Shown here: positions 21,301 through 29,731 of the stretch, one piece after another
Layout: each line of letters opens with the position of its first letter
How positions within the stretch are numbered: position 1 is the first letter of the stretch
Source of the DNA: Bacteroidales bacterium
Lineage (GTDB): Bacteria; Bacteroidota; Bacteroidia; Bacteroidales; UBA1715
Length of the DNA stretch: 64,000 nucleotides
Assembly: GCA_017516865.1 (NCBI GenBank)
Contig: JAFXAU010000020.1
Location: forward strand, 57,711-121,710
Direction of reading: 5' to 3'
Position numbers and translations under genes: made by a program
Notes under the pieces: generated by a model
Seen by the model: the letters and a program-made list of their open reading frames with translations, nothing else
Database searches by the model: none
Told to the model about the DNA's origin: nothing

Positions 21301-21618
21301 CGCTATCCAGATGTTTTGATTTTTGTCTTCGCAGATACCGAAAATGTTGTTCGACGAAAGTGTTGTTTTGTTTAGTGGGTCGTTTTTGTACACTAAAAAA
21401 TCTTTTCCGTCGTATCGGTTCAATCCTGAATTTGTTCCAATCCAGAGAAACCCTTTGGAATCTTGAAATAAACATCTTACGGCATTGTTCGAAAGGCCAT
21501 TTTGGTTTGTAAATGATTCAATATAGTATTCTTCATCAAGAGGGGAGTTGCTCGCGTGGCTATGAAATATCACGAAAAACGCACACAAGAATACTATGGA
21601 AATAATACGTCGAATCAT
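18346..21618 (-). CDS. Periplasmic two-propeller (Reg_prop x14 + Y_Y_Y) sensor fused through one TM helix to a SpoIIE/PP2C serine phosphatase
   Basis: Fourteen (I/L)WIGT.NGL..(Y/F)-type blade motifs; a Y_Y_Y-like segment (KNQYKYFISGQTDQWIDL...GSYTLKILASNSDGIWSE); TM AAYIIEILTLTIIVLLAI; a coiled coil; then SGDFYW, ADCTGHGVPGAFMS, DGMD, FSDGYSDQ and DDILVMG phosphatase blocks. ATG 21618 forms an ATGA overlap with the upstream UbiD-like stop. The ORF track starts at 21633. Confidence 0.8.
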   Translation of the reverse strand: MIRRIISIVFLCAFFVIFHSHASNSPLDEEYYIESFTNQNGLSNNAVRCLFQDSKGFLWIGTNSGLNRYDGKDFLVYKNDPLNKTTLSSNNIFGICEDKNQNIWIATEYGLNQILRESYECRRFSSKSNEYTFENELIQNVFCDNEGAIWIKTGKNISKINPEDGNIHSYELNNSIFDEEIEQYTCPIFQDSQGTLWIGTENGLGCYEQDKDEFIFFKNFSNNRIHAIYEDQDYLWIGTENGLNLFDKKTKKTTAYFYAAQSDIIGISGGLNADILWIATERNGIFTFDTRKKTFTRQQQTTIPSGTFANQVNTIIKTRDNLIWIGSQNGLYKLDIKKKRFLLLSNSDSKKEGNYTYTTSICIDDELVFFGTKFGGLQIYDMNKHTKQTFSADKGNFPTNYVTSIIEFSKSQILIGGDGILLLYDKNSKKFESIDKEFPELDSFCLAKKRIKGLLLDSRKNLWIGTNFGVTIFNTQTKEIKQIDKKQLPSNQISCFYENYKNKIFIGCENGVSLYDYKTNTFKELDIFAQFSTDMQKHVYDISEDYEGYIWIGTNLGLIKYNPVLDESTLYTTHNGLVSNEIFSVQTNNSQIWIGTDNGLAAFYADSIICKSYSLNDGIQDYEFSPHSAWKMMNGYMLFGGTTGINIFHPDSITATTNAPNLEFLQLEYTVNDKKFERQIFDGDAIVIPWNNSNIKISFAALEFTRPEKNQYKYFISGQTDQWIDLKNQNYINIIKLPKGSYTLKILASNSDGIWSEEKSIQIRVKPPFWRTTAAYIIEILTLTIIVLLAIQRSRKKLIEENHRLTERQAWTEKLEEQQTELENKNRNILDSITYAKRIQMAIMPARARFKQILPSSFILYIPKDIVSGDFYWITEIDTKIFIVCADCTGHGVPGAFMSIIGYNLLRNITKDRHIHKASEILDYLNKSLIELLYKGDLEDNTVVQDGMDISICVFDKSTCVLEFAGALSRMLIYRDNQFITVKGDKYPVGLSNDQDNPYTNIIINVQPNDRFYMFSDGYSDQFGGENGKKLKFKRFMSYIEECQQFNLPKQGVTLKNMLQQWQGNWEQVDDILVMGFDLNIYLEDKPKEA

Positions 21619-23429
21619 TTCGCTAAAGTACAAAAATTGTCATTGTCTTGGTATCTCCAAGCGGAATCTTTATCAAGCAGTTTTCTGTATCTAAGCGATG
21701 GTGACGGCAGAAAATCGCCTAATGAGAGTTTTTCCCATTTTTCATTGATCTTTCGTATTGTTTCTTCGTCGGCTGTTACGGGTGACGGCCAATCGCGAAG
21801 TTGCTCGTTTTCTATTTTTGTTCCTCCGTCGATAATCAGGCACGTCCGTCCGTTTTGTTCTATAACAGAGCAGTCTTTACTTGGATTGTAATTGTTGAGA
21901 ATATTCCAAATGATTGATTTTGTGTCGTTTGCATCGATATTTGCATCGTATAGAATGATGCACGAAATATTTGTGTCGTTTTCGAAAATTTGTGACGCAG
22001 TAAGAATTTGGTTTTGATGAGAGCTTGTTTTATTCGGCACGAATTTGATTTTCCCTGAGTAGTTAGTGTCTTTTCTTGTCGCGTCAATTGCCATTTTGCT
22101 TCCGAAGCCGATTTTTGGTCCCGAATGGTCGAGTACATCAAGGCCGCCGTTCATGATTATGCAGTCTTCGTCGGGTTTAAAGTTCTTTTCAATTGCGGAA
22201 ACAACGGACTCGAAGTTTGTTATGTCGCAAGACTCGTCAACCACAACAAGAGTCTTGTTATTTGCCATTTGCCCCGCCCCCCATAGGGCATTGATTGTTT
22301 TCTGAACGTCGCCGTCGCACGTTTTCTTGATTTTTGCTATCACTAAATTGTGCGAAACACCCTCAAACGGCATGATGTAGTCAATCAATTCGGGGCAGAA
22401 AAGCATTTTTATCGGGGCAAGGAATATTCTTTCGCTTGCTTTCCCAATCCACGCATCTTCCATTGGCGGAATACCGACGATGGTAGCAGGATACACGGCA
22501 TTTTTCCTGTGCGTGATGCACGTGATGTGAAATTTAGGATAATAGTCGGGTAGGGAATAGAAACCTGTATGGTCGCCAAAGGGACCTTCTAAAAATTTTT
22601 CTTCTTGTGGATCTACATAACCTTCTAGTACAAAATCGGCGTCGGCAGGTACTTCGAGGTCATTGGTGATGCATTTTACTAAATCGACGGATTTTTTGCG
22701 AAGAAAACCTGTAAGCATTTGTTCGTCAATGTTTTCTGGCAAAGGAGCTGTGGCGGAAAATATATTTGCCGGATCGCCGCCAAGGGCAACGCTTACTGGC
22801 ATTTTTTGTCCTAATCGTTTGTATGCTTCGTAGTGATGTTCTCCAGTTTTATTCTTATGCCAATGCATTCCAGTCGTTTGTTTATCAATTACTTGCATAC
22901 GATACATTCCCATGTTTCGGCAGTGCGTTTCGGGATGTTCGGTGATGACCATGGGAAATGTGATGAATTTTCCTGCATCGTGTTTCCAACATTGAAGAAT
23001 CGGGATTTTATTCAAATCAACGTCTTTCTCAATCACCTCCTGACATTCTCCTCGACCATTTTTGTGCTTGGGCATCCACGATTTCAGTTCAGCAAGAAGT
23101 GGAAGCAAAGAAAGTTTTTCTTTCAGCGTGTTTTTGGGCGATGTAGTTTGGGTAAAAATGGTTTCGATGCGTTGTTTGAGGTCGTCCAACTTGTTGCAGT
23201 TCAATGCCGTGCAAATACGTTTTTGGCTTCCTAACGCATTGATTAACAAAGGATAATCCGTTCCGTTATTTGTAAAAAGTAGCGCTTTGTTTCGATTCTC
23301 TGGAGCTTTGGAAATTCTGTCGGTGATTTCGCTTATTTCCAAATGGGTGTTGACATATTCGGAAACGATGATAAGTTCGTCTTGTTTTTTTAATTCTTCA
23401 ATAAAATCGTTCAAATTCCTATATGCCAT
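21615..23429 (-). CDS. UbiD-family (prenyl-FMN dependent) decarboxylase, long form; menaquinone-biosynthesis decarboxylase-like
   Basis: 604 aa. UbiD signature blocks MGMYRMQV, ALGGDP and EGPFGDHTGFYS, plus a ~120-aa C-terminal extension. Confidence 0.85.
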   Translation of the reverse strand: MAYRNLNDFIEELKKQDELIIVSEYVNTHLEISEITDRISKAPENRNKALLFTNNGTDYPLLINALGSQKRICTALNCNKLDDLKQRIETIFTQTTSPKNTLKEKLSLLPLLAELKSWMPKHKNGRGECQEVIEKDVDLNKIPILQCWKHDAGKFITFPMVITEHPETHCRNMGMYRMQVIDKQTTGMHWHKNKTGEHHYEAYKRLGQKMPVSVALGGDPANIFSATAPLPENIDEQMLTGFLRKKSVDLVKCITNDLEVPADADFVLEGYVDPQEEKFLEGPFGDHTGFYSLPDYYPKFHITCITHRKNAVYPATIVGIPPMEDAWIGKASERIFLAPIKMLFCPELIDYIMPFEGVSHNLVIAKIKKTCDGDVQKTINALWGAGQMANNKTLVVVDESCDITNFESVVSAIEKNFKPDEDCIIMNGGLDVLDHSGPKIGFGSKMAIDATRKDTNYSGKIKFVPNKTSSHQNQILTASQIFENDTNISCIILYDANIDANDTKSIIWNILNNYNPSKDCSVIEQNGRTCLIIDGGTKIENEQLRDWPSPVTADEETIRKINEKWEKLSLGDFLPSPSLRYRKLLDKDSAWRYQDNDNFCTLAK

Positions 23430-23586
23430 AATGTATTATTTACAATTAGTGCAAACATACGAATTTATTTGACATTATAGTGTTCGCATATAAGGTTATC
23501 GGCATTGGAATAAACATTTTTCAAAAAAAGGTATTTTACTGTTCAAAAGTAATTTTTCAAAACTCGTTACCTTCGTGTTTTTTCAG

Positions 23587-23594
23587 TATCTTTG
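23587..23594 (+). promoter_or_regulatory. Bacteroidetes-type -7 box TAnnTTTG (TATCTTTG)
   Basis: Exact consensus match in the 230-nt intergenic region upstream of the small ORF and mutL. Confidence 0.4.
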
Positions 23595-23663
23595 CACATC
23601 TAAAAATTGCGTATGGGATTCATATCTTCTCTATACAATCCACCGAAACCGAGGGGTTTCAAC

Positions 23664-23906
23664 ATGAAGACACGGTATTACGATAAACAAAAAGAAGACC
23701 GTGAACATCGTCGTGCGGTTGTGTTACAACAAGTGAAATTAGAAAATGGCGAAGAACTTCCCAAAGGTGTTTTTGTTTCGGACCTGCACAGAAAATTTGA
23801 GCAAAACAAAATTTCGAACAAGCGTTCGAAAGATGGTAGTTTCAAGACATTGCTCATGCTCGGATTTTTAATATTTCTCGGTGTTTATTTCATAATGCAC
23901 ATGTAA
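23664..23906 (+). CDS. Hypothetical small basic protein with a single C-terminal TM helix
   Basis: MKTRYYDKQKEDREHRRAVV...SFKTLLMLGFLIFLGVYFIMHM. Ends 2 nt before the mutL ATG. Alternative starts at 23607 (TTG) and 23613 (ATG). No family recognised. Confidence 0.45.
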   Translation: MKTRYYDKQKEDREHRRAVVLQQVKLENGEELPKGVFVSDLHRKFEQNKISNKRSKDGSFKTLLMLGFLIFLGVYFIMHM

Positions 23907-23908
23907 TT

Positions 23909-25735
23909 ATGTCTGACATTATTCATTTATTACCCGATTCTGTTGCGAACCAAATTGCCGCTGGCGAAGTGGTTCAACGTCCTGCGTCGGTAGTAAAGGA
24001 ACTTGTAGAAAATGCCATCGATGCACAAGCAACGGAAATTACTATTTCTATTGTCGATGCTGGAAGAACTTCAATACAAATTTCGGACAACGGAATAGGC
24101 ATGTCCGAAACCGATGCCAGAATGGCATTTGAACGGCATGCCACGTCGAAAATTAGTGACGCGTCAGATATTTTCAAAATACGTTCCATGGGATTCCGCG
24201 GAGAAGCGTTAGCATCAATCGCGGCAGTTTCGCAGACAGAACTAAAAACTCGTCAGGAAAATTCCGAATTAGGAACAAAAATCGTCATTGTTGGTAGCAA
24301 GGTCGAATCACAGGAACCCGAAGCCTGTCCGAAAGGAACGACATTCACTGTAAAAAATCTTTTCTTCAACACTCCTGCCCGACGGAAATTCTTAAAGGCA
24401 AATCAGACGGAATTCAACTATATTCTTGCCGAAATTTATCAGACGGCTCTGTCACATCCCGAAATTGTATTTACAATTATGAAAGACGGCGTTTTATACG
24501 CAAAATATCCTAAAGGGAACCAAAAACAGCGAATTGTAAGTATTTTCGGAAAACAGATGGAGAAAGGTCTTTTGCCCATCAGCGATGAATCGAGTATTGC
24601 AAAAATATATGGCTACGTCGGTGTACCCGAGATGGCAAAAAAAACAGGGGCAAACGAATTCTTCTTTGTAAACAATAGATTTTTCCGCCAAAAAAGTTTT
24701 TTGGCTTCGGTTTTGCGGGCATACGGTAACTTGCTTCCGCAAAAGGAATATCCGCCGTTTTTTATTTTCATAGACATTGATCCAAGCGAAATTGATGTCA
24801 ACATTCATCCGACAAAAACGGAGATAAAATTCTCGGAGGAATTCAACATTTGCCAATTATTGGAAGCTTCTATAAAATGTACACTTGGGAAAAACAATAT
24901 TGTCCCTTCGCTTGATTTTAGCGATTCAGCGGACTACTCCGACATGTTTTCGTTTAAAAATGCCGACCCGATAAAGGCTCCGACGATTAAGTACAATCCC
25001 GATTACAATCCGTTCAAAAAAGACGAAGCTGCATATCCGAACGCACAGACAAATGTGCGAAATTGGGAAAAACTGTTCGAAGATTTCCAGACATCGAAAC
25101 AGGCTAAAAATCAAGATTTTGCGCTTCCGTCAAAAATGAACGAAATCAAATTTGAAGAAGCAAAAGACGATGTTTCAGTTTCGTTTTGCACGCAATTTCA
25201 GAAAAAATACATTTTGGCGTATGCAGACGAAAAAATCTATGTAATAGACATTAAACGAGCTCATTACAGATTGTTGTACGATGAATTTTCTACTTCGTTA
25301 AAAGAGAAGAAGACACCATCACAACAGACGTTGCTTCCTGTCAAAATAGATGTTACAGCCGACCAGTCTGAAACATTGAAGGAAATTCTTCCTCAGCTGA
25401 AAGAATTGGGCTTCGACATAGAACAATTTGGTCAAAATTCTTTCGTTGTCAATGGTGCACCAACTGACATCTGTATGTCTGATGTCCAGACAATCATCAC
25501 CGAATTTGTAGCAAAATACGAGGATTCCCACGACATAAAATGTTCTGTTCAGGAAACTGTAGCGAGAACATTGGCAAAATCGGCGTCGCTGTTTAGAAAC
25601 CCAGAAATGACTTCAGAAGAAATGAAACGATTTGTATCAAAACTACTTGCAAACAAATCTTTTACCATTACACCTGAAGGACAAATAATAACTGTGATTG
25701 TGGAACCCGAAGATTTACTTAAAAAATTTAACTGA
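23909..25735 (+). CDS. mutL: DNA mismatch repair protein MutL
   Basis: 608 aa. IAAGEVVQRPASVVKELVENAIDA, DNGIGM and GFRGEAL GHKL-ATPase blocks. Confidence 0.95.
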   Translation: MSDIIHLLPDSVANQIAAGEVVQRPASVVKELVENAIDAQATEITISIVDAGRTSIQISDNGIGMSETDARMAFERHATSKISDASDIFKIRSMGFRGEALASIAAVSQTELKTRQENSELGTKIVIVGSKVESQEPEACPKGTTFTVKNLFFNTPARRKFLKANQTEFNYILAEIYQTALSHPEIVFTIMKDGVLYAKYPKGNQKQRIVSIFGKQMEKGLLPISDESSIAKIYGYVGVPEMAKKTGANEFFFVNNRFFRQKSFLASVLRAYGNLLPQKEYPPFFIFIDIDPSEIDVNIHPTKTEIKFSEEFNICQLLEASIKCTLGKNNIVPSLDFSDSADYSDMFSFKNADPIKAPTIKYNPDYNPFKKDEAAYPNAQTNVRNWEKLFEDFQTSKQAKNQDFALPSKMNEIKFEEAKDDVSVSFCTQFQKKYILAYADEKIYVIDIKRAHYRLLYDEFSTSLKEKKTPSQQTLLPVKIDVTADQSETLKEILPQLKELGFDIEQFGQNSFVVNGAPTDICMSDVQTIITEFVAKYEDSHDIKCSVQETVARTLAKSASLFRNPEMTSEEMKRFVSKLLANKSFTITPEGQIITVIVEPEDLLKKFN

Positions 25736-25737
25736 CC

Positions 25738-26475
25738 ATGAATTATTATCAGCCATCGGGATTTTCGCGACTTACGCCTGTTGTAAAGAATCTGATAATT
25801 GTGAACATTATCTGTTTCTTAATCAGCTCGTTTGGTGAATATATGCATTGGTACGACGTGACAAATGAATTTGGTTTGCATTATCCACTTTCGCCGAGTT
25901 TCCGCCCAGTGCAGTTGATAACCTATATGTTCCTTCATGCCAATTTAGAGCATATCTTTTTTAATATGTTTGCTCTGTGGATGTTTGGAAATGTGTTGGA
26001 AAATGTATGGGGAAGTAAAAAATTTTTGGTCTATTACTTTGCAACGGGCATTGGTGCAGGTTTAGTTCAAATTCTCGTTGCCTATATTCGTCTCAGTACA
26101 TATTCCATCAGCGACGACATGTGGAATTTAATTATTTCGGAAGGCGACATGTTAATCAGAACATCTCGAAACTACGTGGATTCTACACTCGGCACGGTGA
26201 ATGCAATTGTCAACGGCTCAACGGTCGGTGCGTCCGGGGCGGTGTTCGGTTTGTTGATGGCTTTCGGAATGCTTTTCCCAAATACGGAAATTTATTTATA
26301 CTTTGCGCTGCCAATAAAAGCAAAATGGTTCGTACTTGGATATGGTTTAATTGAATTATTCAGTGGAATCCGTAATAGCGTTGGCGACAACACGGCACAT
26401 TTTGCTCATTTAGGCGGTATGATTTTTGGTTTTATCCTCATTAAATATTGGCAAAAACATGGATCCAATCTATAA
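25738..26475 (+). CDS. Rhomboid-family intramembrane serine protease (catalytic residues intact)
   Basis: 245 aa, multi-TM. HANLEHIFFNM, GASGAVFGLL (GxSG Ser) and AHLGGMIFG (His). Confidence 0.85.
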   Translation: MNYYQPSGFSRLTPVVKNLIIVNIICFLISSFGEYMHWYDVTNEFGLHYPLSPSFRPVQLITYMFLHANLEHIFFNMFALWMFGNVLENVWGSKKFLVYYFATGIGAGLVQILVAYIRLSTYSISDDMWNLIISEGDMLIRTSRNYVDSTLGTVNAIVNGSTVGASGAVFGLLMAFGMLFPNTEIYLYFALPIKAKWFVLGYGLIELFSGIRNSVGDNTAHFAHLGGMIFGFILIKYWQKHGSNL

Positions 26476-26476
26476 T

Positions 26477-27373
26477 ATGAAACCCAAAGATTTCTTTTTT
26501 CAGCTGTTTAAACAAAGTGACTGGCTGACAAAGTTAATCTTTATCAATGTCGGAGCTTTTGTCTTGTTGTGGCTTGTAGAAATCATCAGTGCCGTAACGT
26601 CCACACAATTATATGGTTTTACATTAGAAAACATCTCGGTTTCAACAAATTGGCACGTTCTCATTCGTAAACCATGGACAATTCTTTCGTACATGTTTTT
26701 TGAAACTTCGTTTATCAATTTATTTTGTAATTTACTGATACTTTCATGTTTCGGTCGTATTTTCATTGAATTGATGAACGATAAGCGGCTTCTTGCTACA
26801 TACGTGCTGGGGGGAGTTGCTGGTGTGCTGTTCGCAATAATCATTTCTGTGCCTTTATCTACATTGGGAATGATTGTATTAGGCCCGACAACCGCCATTC
26901 TCGCTGTTATGGTTGCCATTGCGACATATTTCCCAAATTACAAAGTGTATTTGGCATTTTTCGGTGAAGTATCATTAAAAGTACTCGCAATCATTATTGC
27001 CATCATCGAACTTATGCCGATTCTTTCGCTTACCCGTCAAGGCGTTCCCCTGACCTTCCTTGCTCCAATTTTTTGCAAAATCGGCGGAATGCTTTACGGA
27101 TTCTTCTGGGCAACGCTTTTGAAAAACGGAACCGATATTTCCGCTTGGTTCATTCAACTTATTGACAGAACCCCGCCGAAAAAAACGCCTCAATTTACTG
27201 TAAACAAAGGTTCAAGACGAAAACGAGACGAATCATACGTTGATTTTGAAGAAGTAACCGAAGATGTTTCACAGGAAGAAATCGACAGAATTTTAGAAAA
27301 AATTTCTCAAACTGGTTACGATAGTCTTACCAAAGAGGAAAAAGAAACATTATTTAAGCAAAGTAAAAAATGA
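26477..27373 (+). CDS. Rhomboid-like membrane protein lacking the catalytic Ser/His, with a charged C-terminal tail
   Basis: Same TM topology, but GGVAGVLFA replaces GxSG and KIGGMLYG replaces HxGG. The C-terminal tail reads EEIDRILEKISQTGYDSLTKEEKETLF. ATG 26477 lies 2 nt after the upstream stop. The ORF track starts at TTG 26426. Confidence 0.7.
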   Translation: MKPKDFFFQLFKQSDWLTKLIFINVGAFVLLWLVEIISAVTSTQLYGFTLENISVSTNWHVLIRKPWTILSYMFFETSFINLFCNLLILSCFGRIFIELMNDKRLLATYVLGGVAGVLFAIIISVPLSTLGMIVLGPTTAILAVMVAIATYFPNYKVYLAFFGEVSLKVLAIIIAIIELMPILSLTRQGVPLTFLAPIFCKIGGMLYGFFWATLLKNGTDISAWFIQLIDRTPPKKTPQFTVNKGSRRKRDESYVDFEEVTEDVSQEEIDRILEKISQTGYDSLTKEEKETLFKQSKK

Positions 27374-28476
27374 GATTGTTTGTACGAATACTATATGCGA
27401 TTCTCAATGGCGTTGCCGTCATTGCTTTGCTGAGCTGCATTGCGGCACGTTACGTAAATCCGAGTTCGTTCCCGTATTTCGAAATCATAGGACTGACGTT
27501 TCCTCTTATTTTTATTGCAAACGTCATCGCCGCCATCTGTTGGCTTGCGGCAAAGGAACACAAAAAATATTTCCTCGCTTCGTTCATTCCTCTCGTTCTG
27601 AGTTTGCCAATCTTGTTTGACTATTTTTCGTACAAAAATCCAGAAGAGAATGTAAGACAAGAAAATGCTAAAGGTCTTAAAGTCTTGTCATACAATGTAA
27701 TGGCATGTAACTATTTGGGCTGGAAACGAAATTCCGAAGTGAAACAGCAGATTTTCAGTTACATTTTCCACGAAAATCCCGACATCATCTGTTTTCAAGA
27801 ATTTCATCACGATACGCACGAATCGTTCTTGTTGTTGGACAGCATTCGCCAACAGTTGAATTTGTCATACGTTTTCTACAATAAATCGTATAGTCTTGGA
27901 AATCACTATTTTCAGGGGAATCTTATTTGTAGCCGTTACCCAATTATCAATACAGGTGAAATGAAATACCAGAAGTCTGGCAATTCGACGATTTGGGCTG
28001 ACATTGTTTGTGGAAAAGACACCGTTCGCGTCTACAATAGTCATTTGGAATCATACCGACTTTCGCAGACCGACAAACACACAATTAACGACATGGGGAA
28101 AATACAAAACGTTGAGCCCGAAAAAGTTGAAAGTATAGTCCAAAAACTTGCAAGGGCAATCCAAAAACGAGGAGTACAAACCGACGAGCTTACGCTTTCT
28201 ATGACGGAATGTCCGTATTCAGTGATTTCATGTGGCGATTTTAATGCTCCTCCATGTTCGTACACATATCACAAAGTTAAAAGCGAAAATAACTTAAAAG
28301 ACGCATTTTTAGAATCGGGATTTGGCATTGGTGCAACGTTCAACTGGTGGCCGCAACTTCGTCTTGACTATATTTTGGTAAGTCACAATATTGTTTGCAA
28401 TGATTTTAAAAGAACTGGCTTAAAAGTCTCCGACCACTTCCCAATTTGCTGTACACTAACCCTGAACAATGAGTAG
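27370..28476 (+). CDS. Membrane-anchored endonuclease/exonuclease/phosphatase (EEP) family protein
   Basis: 368 aa. N-terminal TM helices followed by an EEP domain (LKVLSYNV, CFQEF, CGDFNA, SDHFPI). Confidence 0.8.
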   Translation: MRLFVRILYAILNGVAVIALLSCIAARYVNPSSFPYFEIIGLTFPLIFIANVIAAICWLAAKEHKKYFLASFIPLVLSLPILFDYFSYKNPEENVRQENAKGLKVLSYNVMACNYLGWKRNSEVKQQIFSYIFHENPDIICFQEFHHDTHESFLLLDSIRQQLNLSYVFYNKSYSLGNHYFQGNLICSRYPIINTGEMKYQKSGNSTIWADIVCGKDTVRVYNSHLESYRLSQTDKHTINDMGKIQNVEPEKVESIVQKLARAIQKRGVQTDELTLSMTECPYSVISCGDFNAPPCSYTYHKVKSENNLKDAFLESGFGIGATFNWWPQLRLDYILVSHNIVCNDFKRTGLKVSDHFPICCTLTLNNE

Positions 28477-29628
28477 TTATTTTCTCAGCAATACAATCAT
28501 TTTCAAGAACAAGTCAAAGAAAATGATTTTCGAGGTTCCGTTACGGACAACGTGATAATACGCTAAATTCAATTCCTTAGTAAATCCAGCCACATTTCGT
28601 TCGTTTATAAATGTGTGGAATTTTTCAGAAAATGCATTTTCCTGATTGTCCATGTACAAAATTTGCGGAATGTTCTGATTTCTAATGAAATTTTCCCTTA
28701 CTTCACGTAGACAATATTGAAGGAACGATTTCTGTTTCTCGCGACCCAGACTGTCGAGTTCTTCGGAAAGCCTATTCAATGCTAACAAATCTTTCTGCCA
28801 AGCCCAGCGCATAAGTTGTGTGAACATGGTGAAAAACTGAGAAGGAGTGTCATCTGACGACGCCATTTTGAAAGCCTGGATGTAATTTCCGTTGGCATTC
28901 TTTATGAGCGACTGCAATTCGTCTCCTTCTATCATGAAATCGTCGTGAATCCTTTGTCTGAGGCTTTCGTCGTCGATTTTCGGGATTCTCACAATCTGCG
29001 TGCGCGACAAAATTGTCGGCAACATATTTCGCGTATCTTCCGAAATCATCAAAAATTTGGTGTCGGGCGAAGGCTCTTCCAATATTTTTAATATCTTATT
29101 CGCACACGTTTCATTCATTTTCTCCGCCATCCAAATAATCATTACTTTGTATTTTGCGGAGTAATTTGTCATAGACAATTTTTGTATGATGCCCTTTTGT
29201 TTCTTGTCGCCTTCGCCTATGCCGGTAGCCTCCGATTCGTAAATAATCGGTTGCTTGTTTTCCACGCCGATATGGTTTTGCCACATTTCGAGACTGATGT
29301 ACGGATTCTGTGCGAAGAGCTCTCTCCATTCTGGAAGATAGTCGTCGCAGCATTCTTTTGACTTTGGTAATTTTACAATGGGAAAGACAAAATGCAAATC
29401 AGGATGCTGTAATTTTGCATACGCCTTGCATGACGGGCATTCGCCACATGAATCCGTCTCCGTAGGATGTTCACAGTTCAAATATTGAGCATAGGCAAGA
29501 GCTAACGGCAATTTGCCAGAACCTTCGGGACCAGTAAATAAATACGCATGAGCCACACGATTGAGTGCGACAGTTTCACGCAAATCCCTTTTTATAGTCT
29601 CTTGTCCTATGACTTCTCGAAACAGCAT
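28477..29628 (-). CDS. holB: DNA polymerase III delta-prime subunit
   Basis: 383 aa. AHAYLFTGPEGSGKLPLALAYAQYLNC, Zn module CGECPSC, and ILSRTQ (sensor) block. Confidence 0.85.
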   Translation of the reverse strand: MLFREVIGQETIKRDLRETVALNRVAHAYLFTGPEGSGKLPLALAYAQYLNCEHPTETDSCGECPSCKAYAKLQHPDLHFVFPIVKLPKSKECCDDYLPEWRELFAQNPYISLEMWQNHIGVENKQPIIYESEATGIGEGDKKQKGIIQKLSMTNYSAKYKVMIIWMAEKMNETCANKILKILEEPSPDTKFLMISEDTRNMLPTILSRTQIVRIPKIDDESLRQRIHDDFMIEGDELQSLIKNANGNYIQAFKMASSDDTPSQFFTMFTQLMRWAWQKDLLALNRLSEELDSLGREKQKSFLQYCLREVRENFIRNQNIPQILYMDNQENAFSEKFHTFINERNVAGFTKELNLAYYHVVRNGTSKIIFFDLFLKMIVLLRK

Positions 29629-29692
29629 GTGTAAAATTTATTTGTACAAATATACGAAAATCATCGGAATATTTTTTCCCGGTAGTGTCATA

Positions 29693-29725
29693 AAACAGAA
29701 AACGGCCGAACTTTTGTTCGACCGT
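29693..29725 (-). terminator. Rho-independent terminator after alaS
   Basis: Minus strand reads ACGGTCGAAC-aaaa-GTTCGGCCGT (10-bp stem, one mismatch) followed by TTTCTGTTTT. It begins 7 nt after the alaS stop. Confidence 0.65.
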
Positions 29726-29731
29726 TTTTGT

